Numbered from the stretch's first letter, positions 39,349-50,134 are shown. The stretch is 64,000 nt of DNA from an uncultured delta proteobacterium (GCA_963771465.1 CAVYTU010000006.1:96001-160000); one strand, 5' to 3'. Made by a program: numbers and translations. The notes: a model not told the origin generated them from the letters alone.

Positions 39349-40404
39349 CTATTTCAAGAATAAATCGCGCCAGATGCTTTCGGCCTCGCTGCCGTACATC
39401 GCAATCTCGGGCGGAGGCACAGTGAGTTTCTGCCCGCGTACCGCGTCTGCCGTCGGGCCTTTAACCCGGGAGTCTGGAACCAAGCGGCCGGTGACATCCG
39501 TAAATGTTTGCTGTCCTTCCAAAGACGTGAACCAGTTGGCAAACAGCAGCGCAGTGTTGGGGTGTGGCGCGCGCTCGGCAATCAGTAGCGGGGTGGCCTT
39601 TGCCAAAATAGGATTGGTTCGCAACCACTCAACCGGCGCGCCTTTCTTCTGATACTGGAGAACACGGTAGAGATTGAGCCGTAGATCAATCTTGAATGCG
39701 CCGGCGCCGAGCATCTCGAGCCGTGCGGTTTGACCTGCGCCAAAAACGATTTCGTTTTTGGCGAGCGCCCTTAAATAATTAATAGCCTTTTCCTTGCCCC
39801 AGGCGGCCCACAGCATGAGCACCCACTCTGCGGCATCCCGATCCATCGATATGGAGCCGCGCCATTTTGGGTTGAGAAGATCATCCCAGTTTTTCGGCGC
39901 TTCGGCGGCGGAGACTAGATTTGTGTTGTAAACCACCACGATGCCGTTGATGTTGCTGGCAACCCAATAACCTTCGGGATCTTTGTGCTGGGGCGACCAA
40001 GTCGAGGTGTTGGGCCAACCGTACTTTTTTGCCAGGCCGGCTTTTTTGAGCTCTGAAATCAGGTTGATCTCGCTCGATGCGATATCAACGTTTTGAATTC
40101 CGGCTCTCGCTTCGGACATCATTTTTTGATGCAGCTGCGAATCCTCCGAAGCGCGCCAGTATTCAACATTCAAGAATGGATATCTTTGCTTAAATTTAGC
40201 GAACATTTGCTCCAATTCGTTGGCGGTCCAGCCGTTGATCCAGAAAGCCAGCTTGCCTTCTTTTTTGGCGCCCTCGACCAGCCGTGCTTCGCTTGGCGTT
40301 TCGGCCGGCGGCGATGCCGCGAGCACTTTTGCGATCACTGCAAAGTCAAATGTCAGAGCGGCCACAATTAGGAACCCACGCGATAGCATTCCTCGCCTTT
40401 GCAT
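39349..40404 (-). CDS. ABC transporter extracellular solute-binding protein
   Basis: GGAGG RBS at ATG 40404; EGAKKEG, YNTNLV..PKNWDDLLNPKW, APHPN. Confidence 0.85.
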   Translation of the reverse strand: MQRRGMLSRGFLIVAALTFDFAVIAKVLAASPPAETPSEARLVEGAKKEGKLAFWINGWTANELEQMFAKFKQRYPFLNVEYWRASEDSQLHQKMMSEARAGIQNVDIASSEINLISELKKAGLAKKYGWPNTSTWSPQHKDPEGYWVASNINGIVVVYNTNLVSAAEAPKNWDDLLNPKWRGSISMDRDAAEWVLMLWAAWGKEKAINYLRALAKNEIVFGAGQTARLEMLGAGAFKIDLRLNLYRVLQYQKKGAPVEWLRTNPILAKATPLLIAERAPHPNTALLFANWFTSLEGQQTFTDVTGRLVPDSRVKGPTADAVRGQKLTVPPPEIAMYGSEAESIWRDLFLK

Positions 40405-40520
40405 CTTGAGTCCTCCTTTACAGCGGCACGAAGTTGACATGTTGGTCTTTCGGCGCAGCGCCGGATGGCTTGCGATATTTCCTACGATGGACCAAACCGG
40501 CTTCATCGCAGATCATTTCT

Positions 40521-42503
40521 TCACGTAAATGCAGTTGTTCTGGCCGCTGCGATAATTTTCTCGGCGTCTTCCGGCAATAGGTATCTATCCTCGACCAGCG
40601 CGCGCGCGGCGCGGCTTACCTTTTCCACATAGTCATTGTGGTCCTTGTAGCGCTCTTCGAGGGAAAGCCGCGGATCACCATTTTGGGTTCGTTCTTCCTT
40701 GCTTCGCGCGAACGGAATATAAGAGCCGAACAAACCGCAAAGCTCATCTTCGGCTAAACCCTCGCTCCAAAGATTCCATCCGGTATAAGTTGCCAGAGGC
40801 ACTCGAGTCGCCGGCAAGCGAATACCCGCCAAATCGTTGCCATCGGCGTCTACCTTTGTCACCAAAATTTTGTATTCACCATTCTTGATCTGTTGGGGCG
40901 GATGGACTGCGATTTTTCCGCGCCGAAGATCTGGACCATAGTCCAAGAACGATTGGCGATTGTACAACGCCGTGTAACGCACGCCGGGAATGTTGGGAAA
41001 ACCGGTGGTCTTTTGCTGCGACGCCACCAAGGTGCCATCTTTCACACGTGGAAACTGACTCGGTGGAGGCAGTGTTCCTTCGCAGACCCACCGATCCATC
41101 GCTACCATTAGAGCTCGCAGCACCTCACCATGAGGCAACGGGTTTGTGAGGTTCTGGGAATTGTACCGTTTGGGCACCAGACCAGGTGCAAACCGGTGCG
41201 GCGCACTCGAAATCACATAGATCCGCACTTTTTCAGGGACGGGTACGTCCTTGCCTTTTCCATCGGTATGCGCCAAGGCGCCGCGCTTTTGCCGGTATTC
41301 GGTAGAAGTCTGCACGTGCATGACGTAGGGATCGGTTCGCGGATGCTTGAGAATACCGTCCTTTCGGCCGGTCTGCGGATCTTTCATTACGTTGTAGGCA
41401 AAAGGAAAAAGTTCCGGATCGAGTTGATCGTTGTGCTGCTGCGACGATGTTACAGGCCGGGCAAACTCGTAGTTGAGAAACATTCTTCCGCCGCCGGCGA
41501 CGTAGGGGCAGACCGCCTCGAAAACTTGGCGGTGCGATTCGTCTTCATTGGCACCATGGTAAACAAGATCCCGAATGAACCTGGCACTAACAGACCGGCC
41601 CCAAGCATAGGCGCGACGGATTCCGCGGTGATTTTCATCGGGCGCTAGCGGGTTCGGATTTCCTGCTTTGTCTTTCTTTTCATAGCGGAGGAAAGAAACC
41701 GTATCACGAACCGCGGCGAAGCCGAGCCCCAGGACCAAAGGATTCTTGGCCGTGTATATGAACTCATAGATATGATTGGGTTTGAACCCGGAGCGGAGGT
41801 AGAGGTCCGTGGTACTCGGCCGAACCACTTCGTTTCCGGCGGGGTCTTTTTCGTAAGCGGCAAATTCCCAGTCTGAGTGGGGTATGGCGATGCGAGCGTC
41901 GTAGGATTTTTCTCGCACGGTCAATGACGCCGTCGATTTGTCGGTAGTAACGGTTTCGTAGCTTGCGATCCGAGGGTCGGCGCTCAGAGGCATGGAGAAA
42001 ACTCCGTCTTCGTCGGCGACGATCTCGGTGCGAACTACGCCAACGATCTCTTTGCCTTTGTCCTTCGCCACGGGCACATCCATGACCACGAAATTCTTGC
42101 CGCTCAGACCGCCATGCCATCCGCCCCAAACGATGGCGTAACCCTGGCGCATGAGAAAGCCGTTGCCGGCGTCTTTCAGCGTCGACGGGTCATTGTTCGA
42201 CGGCGCATCATTGAGCAAAGCCAAGATATGCTTTCCCCCTCGGTTCGGAGGGTCGAAAAAAATCTTGCCGTTGCCTCGACTCATATCCACGGGCTTAAGA
42301 ATATAAACATCGGCCGAGTATTCGACGCGGCGCCGTGAATTTGTCGGCGCCTTATCTAGATTGACAATGACTCTATTGAGAGGGTTCTTGGGATCCACTT
42401 CTCCGTAGACTTTGCCGACCAGCTTTTCATAGGCTCCCGTGATCGGAAACTCGTATCCTTCAGCAAACGGCTCTCGTGTATGTATGGCAATCTTGGTGAT
42501 CAT
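40521..42503 (-). CDS. Alpha/beta hydrolase domain protein (Abhydrolase_10-like)
   Basis: LGLGFAAVRD, AWGRSVSARF, VDADGN..GIRLP, DPRLSLEERY; GGAGG RBS. Confidence 0.8.
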   Translation of the reverse strand: MITKIAIHTREPFAEGYEFPITGAYEKLVGKVYGEVDPKNPLNRVIVNLDKAPTNSRRRVEYSADVYILKPVDMSRGNGKIFFDPPNRGGKHILALLNDAPSNNDPSTLKDAGNGFLMRQGYAIVWGGWHGGLSGKNFVVMDVPVAKDKGKEIVGVVRTEIVADEDGVFSMPLSADPRIASYETVTTDKSTASLTVREKSYDARIAIPHSDWEFAAYEKDPAGNEVVRPSTTDLYLRSGFKPNHIYEFIYTAKNPLVLGLGFAAVRDTVSFLRYEKKDKAGNPNPLAPDENHRGIRRAYAWGRSVSARFIRDLVYHGANEDESHRQVFEAVCPYVAGGGRMFLNYEFARPVTSSQQHNDQLDPELFPFAYNVMKDPQTGRKDGILKHPRTDPYVMHVQTSTEYRQKRGALAHTDGKGKDVPVPEKVRIYVISSAPHRFAPGLVPKRYNSQNLTNPLPHGEVLRALMVAMDRWVCEGTLPPPSQFPRVKDGTLVASQQKTTGFPNIPGVRYTALYNRQSFLDYGPDLRRGKIAVHPPQQIKNGEYKILVTKVDADGNDLAGIRLPATRVPLATYTGWNLWSEGLAEDELCGLFGSYIPFARSKEERTQNGDPRLSLEERYKDHNDYVEKVSRAARALVEDRYLLPEDAEKIIAAARTTAFT

Positions 42504-42804
42504 AGGTTGAGTATGAACCTCCTCTTGCGTCGGTGAGAGTTGGACGATGATCGCGGCGAACTGTACTCGGGCTCGTGGTTCTTTGTCAAACCGTGGCAGC
42601 GAAAAAAAGCGCCTGCTCTGTCGCTTAACTTTTCGAAAAGGAGTTCGGTTTTTCCGCGGTCTCATGCCGTAGAAATTCCTCGGCACGCTCTGCAGTCGCG
42701 CTCCGCTCGTAATAAACGAAAACGCTGAGAGTCGGCATCAGGCTTTTTCTTCTGCTTTGACTAGCGTTTCACCTACTAGAAATGCTTCAATACTCACAGC
42801 ATTT

Positions 42805-43842
42805 ATGCGCCGCGGTTACTCTGCAATCTTTTTTTTGATCTTGGTCATCGCCTGTGCGGGTGTGGAAAACGAGCCGATCGCCGGGCAACCCGCGCATCAT
42901 TTGGTGGGCGGGTTTCGTAATACCAATTCGGATTTCCGCCGACCTTCCGCATGGACGCGCTGGAGTTTCGTTGTGCGCCGATTGTGGACGGGTGCCATCT
43001 CACCGCGGAGCTTCGTTGCGCCGCGCGTCGCCAATGACGGCGCCATCCTGCGCACCGGCAGTGTGAATCCGAGCATAACCTGGATCGGCCACTCGACCCT
43101 GTTGGTCCAGATCAATGGCGTCAATATTTTAACCGACCCGCAGTGGAGCGAACGAGCAAGTCCGGTGTCTTGGGGCGGCCCGCGCCGCCTGAGCCCTCCC
43201 GGACTCGCATTCGAAGATTTGCCGCGCATCGATGTTGTCTTGATCTCTCACGATCACTACGACCATTTAGATCTAAACACCGTGAAGCGCCTTGCCGCGG
43301 CGCGCGATCCACTCTTTTTGGTTCCGCTCGGTCTCAAGGCGTGGTTTGCCGAGAACGGCATGACACGGGTCGAAGAGTTGGACTGGTGGCAGGAGCGCGA
43401 ATATCGCGCCGTGAAATTCGTCTGCGTGCCGGCGCAGCATTTTTCTCAACGAACATTGTCGGACGCCAACGAACGACTCTGGGCGTCATGGGCCATGGCG
43501 AGCCCCGAGCGACGGCTTTATTTCTCGGGCGATACCGGTTATTTCCCGGGATTCAAAGAAGCCGGTCAGCGGCTCGGTCCGTTCGACGTCGCGGCGCTCG
43601 CCATCGGCGCCTATCTACCTCCAGAAATCATGAAAGCCGTGCATCTCACACCGGAAGAAGCGGTGCAGGCGTTCATCGACCTCAAAGCCCGCACGCTCCT
43701 CGGCATCCACTGGGGCACCTTCGATCTTGCGGACGAGCCGCTCGACGAGCCACCGCAACGTCTGCTAGCCGATATCCGCCGCCGCAACATCGATTCGTCA
43801 CGCGCCTGGATCTTCAAGCTCGGCGAAACGCGTGCCTGGTAA
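42805..43842 (+). CDS. MBL-fold hydrolase, NAPE-PLD/RomA-like
   Basis: TWIGHST, LTDP, SHDHYDHLD, PAQHFS, SGDTGY, IHWGTF; start uncertain. Confidence 0.88.
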   Translation: MRRGYSAIFFLILVIACAGVENEPIAGQPAHHLVGGFRNTNSDFRRPSAWTRWSFVVRRLWTGAISPRSFVAPRVANDGAILRTGSVNPSITWIGHSTLLVQINGVNILTDPQWSERASPVSWGGPRRLSPPGLAFEDLPRIDVVLISHDHYDHLDLNTVKRLAAARDPLFLVPLGLKAWFAENGMTRVEELDWWQEREYRAVKFVCVPAQHFSQRTLSDANERLWASWAMASPERRLYFSGDTGYFPGFKEAGQRLGPFDVAALAIGAYLPPEIMKAVHLTPEEAVQAFIDLKARTLLGIHWGTFDLADEPLDEPPQRLLADIRRRNIDSSRAWIFKLGETRAW

Positions 43843-43989
43843 AATCAATTCAGAAAGTTCAGCTGGCAGCAAGATTAACAGCTGCTGGCAGTGGGATCGG
43901 CTAGCGTGGTCAGACGAATATCAGTATGATGCGTTGGAGTTTTTGGGAAGGGAACGGGCTTAAATTGTTATGCAGTTAAGGAGGACAAC

Positions 43990-44997
43990 ATGCAGAGATT
44001 TGTTATCGCTCTGTTAGCGGCTTTGGCTTTCTGGGCGGCGCCACTATTAGCTCGTGCCGCCAGCCCCGAAACTATCGAAGGCGCAAAGAAAGAGGGAGAG
44101 GTCGTCTGGTACGGCGGCGGCTCAGGCGAGATTGATGAAGTTCTCGGCAAGAATTTTTCCAAAAAATATCCGTTTCTCCAGGTAAAGAAGTCGCGCATCC
44201 AGAGCCAGCGGCTGCTCGTCCGTTTTGAGGCCGAAAGCAGAGCGGGAAAACATATCGCCGATATCGTACGCACCACCGATTGGTACATCGACCTCTTTAA
44301 GCAAAAGGGTCTCTTGATGAAGTATGAATCACCCGAAAGAAAAGCCTTCGTCAACGAGCTTAAAGACCGTGACGGATTTTACACAGCTCTCTACAAGCAA
44401 CTTCATGCCATCGCCTACAACACCCGAATGGTGCGCAAGCAGGACTTGCCCCGTTCCTATGACGGCTTGCTGGACCCTAAATGGAAAGGACAGATGGGGT
44501 TGGAAGACGCCGCTTATGTGTGGTTCGTCAATATGCTGAAGATCAGAGGAGAGAGTCAGGGAATCGATTTCATGAAGAGGCTCGCGCGCCAGAACGTGAG
44601 CCTGCGCTCAGGCACTACGCTGCTGACCAATTTGGTCGTGGCGGGAGAAATTCCTCTCGTGATCGACATCTACGCCTACACGGTCGACCGCGCAAAAAAG
44701 AACGGCGCGCCGATAGACTTTCATGTTGTCGAACCCGCGATCGTGCACACGATTGCCGGCGGCATCAGCAAGAACGCGCCGCATCCCAACGCCGCCAAGC
44801 TCTTCATGGATTATTTGCTGTCTGAGGAAGGTCAACGAACCTATCTCTCCGAGAGCCTTGAGCCGGCGCGGACCGGAATGGATCCGGCGTGGGTGCCCAA
44901 GGGGATTAAGCTTCACGTCAATAGCCCCGAGATCGGCGACAAGATTGGTTACTATCAAAAACTTTTTGCCGACATCTTCGGCGCGGCGGCTAGCTAG
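43990..44997 (+). CDS. ABC transporter extracellular solute-binding protein
   Basis: GGAGG RBS; signal peptide; EGAKKEG, LLDPKWKG, APHPNAAKLF. Confidence 0.87.
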   Translation: MQRFVIALLAALAFWAAPLLARAASPETIEGAKKEGEVVWYGGGSGEIDEVLGKNFSKKYPFLQVKKSRIQSQRLLVRFEAESRAGKHIADIVRTTDWYIDLFKQKGLLMKYESPERKAFVNELKDRDGFYTALYKQLHAIAYNTRMVRKQDLPRSYDGLLDPKWKGQMGLEDAAYVWFVNMLKIRGESQGIDFMKRLARQNVSLRSGTTLLTNLVVAGEIPLVIDIYAYTVDRAKKNGAPIDFHVVEPAIVHTIAGGISKNAPHPNAAKLFMDYLLSEEGQRTYLSESLEPARTGMDPAWVPKGIKLHVNSPEIGDKIGYYQKLFADIFGAAAS

Positions 44998-45031
44998 TGT
45001 ACCGAGAGCCTTCCATCCAGAGGAACTGAAG

Positions 45032-46729
45032 ATGGGCTATGACTTGGTGTTTCGTGGTGGTCGCGTAGTGGATGGTTCCGGTTTACCGTCCTACCTAGCC
45101 GATGTCGCGATCAAGGACGGAAAGATCGTTGAGATTGGGCGGGTGCAAGAAAACAGCAACAGAACCATCGACGTGCATGGGATGGTCGTTGCGCCGGGAT
45201 TCATCGATCATCACACCCATATGGATGCTCAGATCCAATGGGATCCTTACGCCACCGCTGAGCCCGAGCATGGCATCACATCTATTGTCATGGGCAACGA
45301 TGGTTTGGCGCTTGCTCCTGTGAAGAGCGGCGACGAACACGAACTGCTAACCAGTTTTGTGCGATTTGAGGCGATGCCGCGTGACGCTTTGGAAAAAGGC
45401 ATTCCGTGGGGCTGGCATTCCTATGGTGATTATCTTGACGGTTTGGAAGGCCGCCTAGGGATCAACGTTGGTGGCTTGGTGGGCCACATACCGATACGTC
45501 ATTGGGTGATGGGCCAGGAAGCCGCTGACCGTGCCGCGAAACCGGCGGAAATCCAAAGCATGAAACAGTTGGTGACCGAGGCAATGAAAGGCGGCGCGCT
45601 CGGCTTTTCAACCAATCGTAACGAGAGACACATGCAAGAGGGCAGCAAGCCCATACCCAGTGGGCTCGCCGACGACGAGGAATTCTTCACCTTGTGCGAT
45701 GCTCTGGGAGAGTTGAACGCCGGCGTGATCCAGTCCCATCTGGGACAGCATAAGATCAGTCAATTCGAAACATACGATCGGCTGGTTCGTCGTACCGGCC
45801 GCCCAAGCATAGGACAACCGGTCGTGCACCGTGCGGCTGCGCCGGAGCGTTGGAAGCAGCAGCTCAACGCTGTCGCGCCGACGTTTCGTGACGGCTATCT
45901 TCCCTACCTGCGCACCAATACGATTCCCGATTTTCAACATTTTACATTGAAGAACGCCCGAGCCTTCGACCAGTTCGAGACGTGGAAGAACCTGATGTTC
46001 GAGGAGGAAGAAACGCGCAAGCGAGCCTTCGGCGATCCGCAAATCCGCCATCGGTTGCGCGAGGAACTAGAAAGTCCTCGGCAAACGGCGTTTCGTCGTG
46101 TGTGGGATACTGTAACGGTCGCGGCGGTGGCAAACCCGCAGAACCAGAAGTACGCAGGAAAGAGTGTAGAAGAAGTTGGCAGGATACGAAATCAAGATCC
46201 CCTGGATGCTTTTCTCGACTTGGCGCTGGAGGAAAATCTGGAAACCACCTTCGGAAAATACGACTCCGGAGGCGACGCAAAAGCGATGGCTGAGATTCTG
46301 CGGAGTCCTTACATCCTGGTGGGAAATTCAGACGCTGGCTCCAAGGTTCAGGTTTCCGCTGACAACGGGTACTGCACGACTTTATTGGGGTTGTGGGTAC
46401 GGGAAGAGCGAGTGATGAGTTTGGAGCAGGCCATTCACAAGCTCACCTTTATGGTGGCATCCGTATACGGGCTCGAAGGCAGAGGGTTGCTGCGCCCCGG
46501 ATATGCAGCCGATCTCGCGATCTTCGATGCCGCTACGGTGAACGCCGGAGAGGTGGAGTGGCTCCATGACTTTCCCGCCAACACGAAGCGCTTGATTCAC
46601 CGTTCTGTTGGGATGCACTACGTCGTCGTCAACGGTCGAGTCATCTATCAGGACGGCAGGTTGACGGGTGATTTACCGGGCCAGGTCCTTCGTGGCGCCG
46701 CCTACAGGGCCGCTGGAGCTGCGGCGTGA
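45032..46729 (+). CDS. N-acyl-D-amino-acid deacylase family amidohydrolase
   Basis: GGRVVDGSG, PGFIDHHTHMD, VMGNDG, SDAG, RGLLRPGYAAD; GAGG RBS at ATG 45032. Confidence 0.88.
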   Translation: MGYDLVFRGGRVVDGSGLPSYLADVAIKDGKIVEIGRVQENSNRTIDVHGMVVAPGFIDHHTHMDAQIQWDPYATAEPEHGITSIVMGNDGLALAPVKSGDEHELLTSFVRFEAMPRDALEKGIPWGWHSYGDYLDGLEGRLGINVGGLVGHIPIRHWVMGQEAADRAAKPAEIQSMKQLVTEAMKGGALGFSTNRNERHMQEGSKPIPSGLADDEEFFTLCDALGELNAGVIQSHLGQHKISQFETYDRLVRRTGRPSIGQPVVHRAAAPERWKQQLNAVAPTFRDGYLPYLRTNTIPDFQHFTLKNARAFDQFETWKNLMFEEEETRKRAFGDPQIRHRLREELESPRQTAFRRVWDTVTVAAVANPQNQKYAGKSVEEVGRIRNQDPLDAFLDLALEENLETTFGKYDSGGDAKAMAEILRSPYILVGNSDAGSKVQVSADNGYCTTLLGLWVREERVMSLEQAIHKLTFMVASVYGLEGRGLLRPGYAADLAIFDAATVNAGEVEWLHDFPANTKRLIHRSVGMHYVVVNGRVIYQDGRLTGDLPGQVLRGAAYRAAGAAA

Positions 46730-46775
46730 TAGGCGCGGCCGCTGAATCGGAACATCATAAGTCAGTGCGGCAACC

Positions 46776-47369
46776 ATGCATTCAATTTCTGTAATGGCGC
46801 GAATCGCGATCGTTGTGATCTCAATCCTTTTGCGCCCGCTGTACGCGGCTTCGAATGCGCCTTTTACTTTGCAGGATTTTCAGACCAGAGCAGCTTTTGA
46901 GCTGACGGTTCATGACTCGAAGCCGCTGCCGTCGGGCAGCAGCAAGCTCGCAACTCAAAGCGCGTTTGTCACGCTTGCACACGGTTTGGTCCCGGGAAAT
47001 TCCGACGGACTCGAAATCCAATTCCTTCCTGCGGCAATCACGGAGAAAGTTAAAGCCGACATACTGGAGAATGACGCCAAGGAATCGAAAAAAACCAGCT
47101 ACGCCGCTTTCGTCCTCTTTATCGGTAAGGACAATAAGATCTGGCAGGCGAATTTGAGTTATGTAGTACCAGGTACGACAGTGGCGAGAACCGTGGCGTG
47201 GAAATCCGAGGAGCTGCAAAGATATTTTTCTGACTATAGATTCGACGGGAAGCGGCTGGCTCTGAAAAGCAAGGGAAGCTATTCCGAGTCAGAAAAGGGT
47301 GTCGAGAAATTAAGACTGTCCTGGGATGTGGATCTGAATCTTCCCGTCGTTCGTGAAGTTAAGCGCTGA
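46776..47369 (+). CDS. Hypothetical exported protein
   Basis: Signal-peptide-like N-terminus and beta-rich composition. Confidence 0.6.
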   Translation: MHSISVMARIAIVVISILLRPLYAASNAPFTLQDFQTRAAFELTVHDSKPLPSGSSKLATQSAFVTLAHGLVPGNSDGLEIQFLPAAITEKVKADILENDAKESKKTSYAAFVLFIGKDNKIWQANLSYVVPGTTVARTVAWKSEELQRYFSDYRFDGKRLALKSKGSYSESEKGVEKLRLSWDVDLNLPVVREVKR

Positions 47370-47510
47370 AGCGATTCGCTGGTTTTGGATGATCACATCG
47401 CCAAGCAATTTGGCATTGAAGCGACGAGGCATGCCGGCGGTCGTCCGCAGCGAAAGTGAAAGACTCCCGACCCCTCTTCATTCTGGAGATGCTACCTAGT
47501 CCATTTACCT

Positions 47511-48587
47511 TTACCTTTGCGGTAACGGGTCGGGGCCGGTGAGCTTTTTGAATAGCTCTACGGCTTCCCGGTCGCGGGGCATGTCTTTGATCGTTTGTTC
47601 CAACTCCTCCGGCATTTGCGGTTCGGCCTTTAGGCCGGTGAGCTTTGTATACTCCTTAAGAAACTCAGGGTCTCGATAAGTCTTGCGCATCGCTTCCTGC
47701 AGAATCTGGACTCGGTCTTTCGGCGTGCCCGGGGGCAGAATAAATGGATTGCCGCTGCCGACGAAGGTGCGATAGAGCCGAACAATTTTTCGGTCCATCT
47801 CGGACCGGGCAAAGCTCTCGATGTCGGTAAGTTGGCCAAAGCGGGGATGGCTGTGTTTTCGTCCCTTCGGAATTTCGATAATCCCGTGGAAGTCCATAAG
47901 ACCTTTATCGACCCATTGAGGTTTCTCGTGTAGGAGAGAGTCCGCCACGGTTGTCCTGGCGTCTATCTCACCCTGATCGATAGCGACATCGAGTTCGGGT
48001 GAGCTGTATCCGGTGACGAATCTGGGTTGCTTCAACCCCATCAGGTAGGCAAAGAATCGGCCGGAGATATAGATCAGGTGTCCCACTGACTGGGAGCCGA
48101 TTTTCGTGCCTGAAGCCGCGCGCAGTTTCTCGAGACTGTCGAGGCCGGCTTCCCTGCGCGATATGAAGACATGGTAGCCGCCGCTATAGCTGGTCCCCAG
48201 ATAGCTCACCTTATCGATGTCATAGAGAATCCCACTCTCGCCGAGGATGGGTTGCATCACGAACGGCGTCGACATGCGGCCAATGGTCAGGCCGTCCGGA
48301 CGGACCGAATTAAAAATGTGGTTGGCGGCCTTCCGCCCACCGCCGCCATCCATGTACTGAACCACAATGGTGGGATTTCCGGGAATATGCTTGTGGAGAA
48401 AAGGTACAACTGCTTTGGTCCGCATGCTCCCAACTCCGCCGGGCGCGCTACTCTCGAGGATGGTAACCGTTTTCCCTTGAAAGAAAGAAGTTTGCGGAAA
48501 AGCGACACCGCCGATGAAGAGGCCGAGCAGTAATGCACCAAGAGAGATATTGAGAAACATCACCGATTTGGATCTGTCGTGTCTCAT
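47511..48587 (-). CDS. Bug/TctC tripartite tricarboxylate transporter substrate-binding protein
   Basis: FFQGKTV..PGG..KHIPGNP, PDGLTI, LPPGTP. Confidence 0.83.
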   Translation of the reverse strand: MRHDRSKSVMFLNISLGALLLGLFIGGVAFPQTSFFQGKTVTILESSAPGGVGSMRTKAVVPFLHKHIPGNPTIVVQYMDGGGGRKAANHIFNSVRPDGLTIGRMSTPFVMQPILGESGILYDIDKVSYLGTSYSGGYHVFISRREAGLDSLEKLRAASGTKIGSQSVGHLIYISGRFFAYLMGLKQPRFVTGYSSPELDVAIDQGEIDARTTVADSLLHEKPQWVDKGLMDFHGIIEIPKGRKHSHPRFGQLTDIESFARSEMDRKIVRLYRTFVGSGNPFILPPGTPKDRVQILQEAMRKTYRDPEFLKEYTKLTGLKAEPQMPEELEQTIKDMPRDREAVELFKKLTGPDPLPQR

Positions 48588-48910
48588 ATGCACCCCCCGT
48601 AACATGAGAACTCCGATTTTCGTCAACTCTGTTCCCGTGATCATTCGGCAAACCGCGATAACTTGAGGCCGGACTAACACCTTCGAAAAAACGTGTCAAT
48701 GAGACAATTGTTAGAAACGTTATGTTTCTTGCTCCCAGAAATTGTTTTGGGATACCGAGAGCATACGCCGTTGCTATTTTTCTACGACAAATGGGACGCG
48801 GCCACATTTTAACTTGCGTCAATTGCGGCTCGCCAGATAATCACGCGCTTTAAAAGGCTTGTATCTTTTTCTTTTTCAGAGAAATATGGCTCGCACGGCG
48901 AAGGAGAAAG

Positions 48911-50047
48911 ATGATGCAAGCCAGATCATTCAAATGTTTTCAATCGGCAATGTCACCCAAGCGATCTGCGATGTCGAAGCGAGTTGCGCCGGGAGGCCGT
49001 CTTTTCTTGATGGCGTCTGTGATGACGGTTTGCGCAATGCTGGCCGCGGCAACGTCATCTGTTTTTGCGCAGACTCCGTTCTATCAGGGGAAGACCGTGA
49101 AAGTAGTCGTCGCTGGGACTCCTGGCGGAACGGCTGATTTTCGGGTTAGGGCGCTGGTTCCATATTTGCGCAAGCACATCCCCGGCAATCCTACGGTCCT
49201 GCTCGAGTTCATGGACGGCAGCGGCGGGCGGAAAGCGGCGAATTACATGTATGGCAATGCGCGCCCGGACGGTTTCACCGTGGGAGCGTTAAGCGGCGGC
49301 ATCGTCGCGCTGCAAATCATGGGCGAATCCGGCGTCATGTACGACGTCGATAAATTTATCTATCTCGGATCGTCGGAAGGCGGCAGTCACCAGATCATCT
49401 ATACGAGAAAGGAACTGGGGCTGGACAGTATAGAAAAGCTAAGAGCGGCGTCGGGAATCAGGATCGGCGCCCAGTCCGTCGGGCACGTCGCCTACGTATC
49501 GGGACGGTTATTCGCCTACTTCATCGGTATGAAGGATGCGAAATTTATCGCCGGCTATACGGCTCCCGAGGTGGACGCGGCTTTATTGCGCGGCGAATTG
49601 GATGCGCGGTCGAACAACCCGACCTCGGTGCTACGGCGCAACCCCGAATGGTTGGAAAAAGGCGTGATGAATTTCCACGCCATTCTCGAAGCGCCGAAAG
49701 GAATCAAGCACCCACGCTTTGGCCATTTGCCCGAGATCGAGAGCTTCGCCAAGTCAGAAAAAGAGCTCAGGCTGTTGACGTTATGGCGCTCTTTCAGAGT
49801 GATCGGTTCACCTTACGTTTTGCCGCCGGGCACGCCCCAGGAGCGCGTGAAGATTGTTAAGGAAGCCATCGCGAAAGCCTTTCAGGATCGAGAGTTTCAT
49901 AGCGAATACGAGAAGCTTACTGGTGAGAGCGCGGATCTGATCATGCCGGACACGATGGCGAAAATCATCAAGGAGACGCCGCGCGACGCCGAGGTGGTTG
50001 ACACGCTCAAGAAACTATCCGGCGCCGGGCCACTACCGCCGCGCTAG
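48911..50047 (+). CDS. Bug/TctC tripartite tricarboxylate transporter substrate-binding protein
   Basis: FYQGKTV..PGG..KHIPGNP, PDGFTV, LPPGTP; start uncertain. Confidence 0.83.
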   Translation: MMQARSFKCFQSAMSPKRSAMSKRVAPGGRLFLMASVMTVCAMLAAATSSVFAQTPFYQGKTVKVVVAGTPGGTADFRVRALVPYLRKHIPGNPTVLLEFMDGSGGRKAANYMYGNARPDGFTVGALSGGIVALQIMGESGVMYDVDKFIYLGSSEGGSHQIIYTRKELGLDSIEKLRAASGIRIGAQSVGHVAYVSGRLFAYFIGMKDAKFIAGYTAPEVDAALLRGELDARSNNPTSVLRRNPEWLEKGVMNFHAILEAPKGIKHPRFGHLPEIESFAKSEKELRLLTLWRSFRVIGSPYVLPPGTPQERVKIVKEAIAKAFQDREFHSEYEKLTGESADLIMPDTMAKIIKETPRDAEVVDTLKKLSGAGPLPPR

Positions 50048-50134
50048 CAAAAAAACTGTCGTCGGAGCATGCCACGCTGTCAGAAGTGAGACGGCTATGT
50101 CGAACCATAATTCCATCCTTGCAACCAGCCTCTT

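Noticed and set aside
44723-45031. 103-aa N-terminal extension of the amidohydrolase ORF
   Set aside because: Overlaps the upstream SBP gene; the RBS and the paralog's start support ATG 45032.
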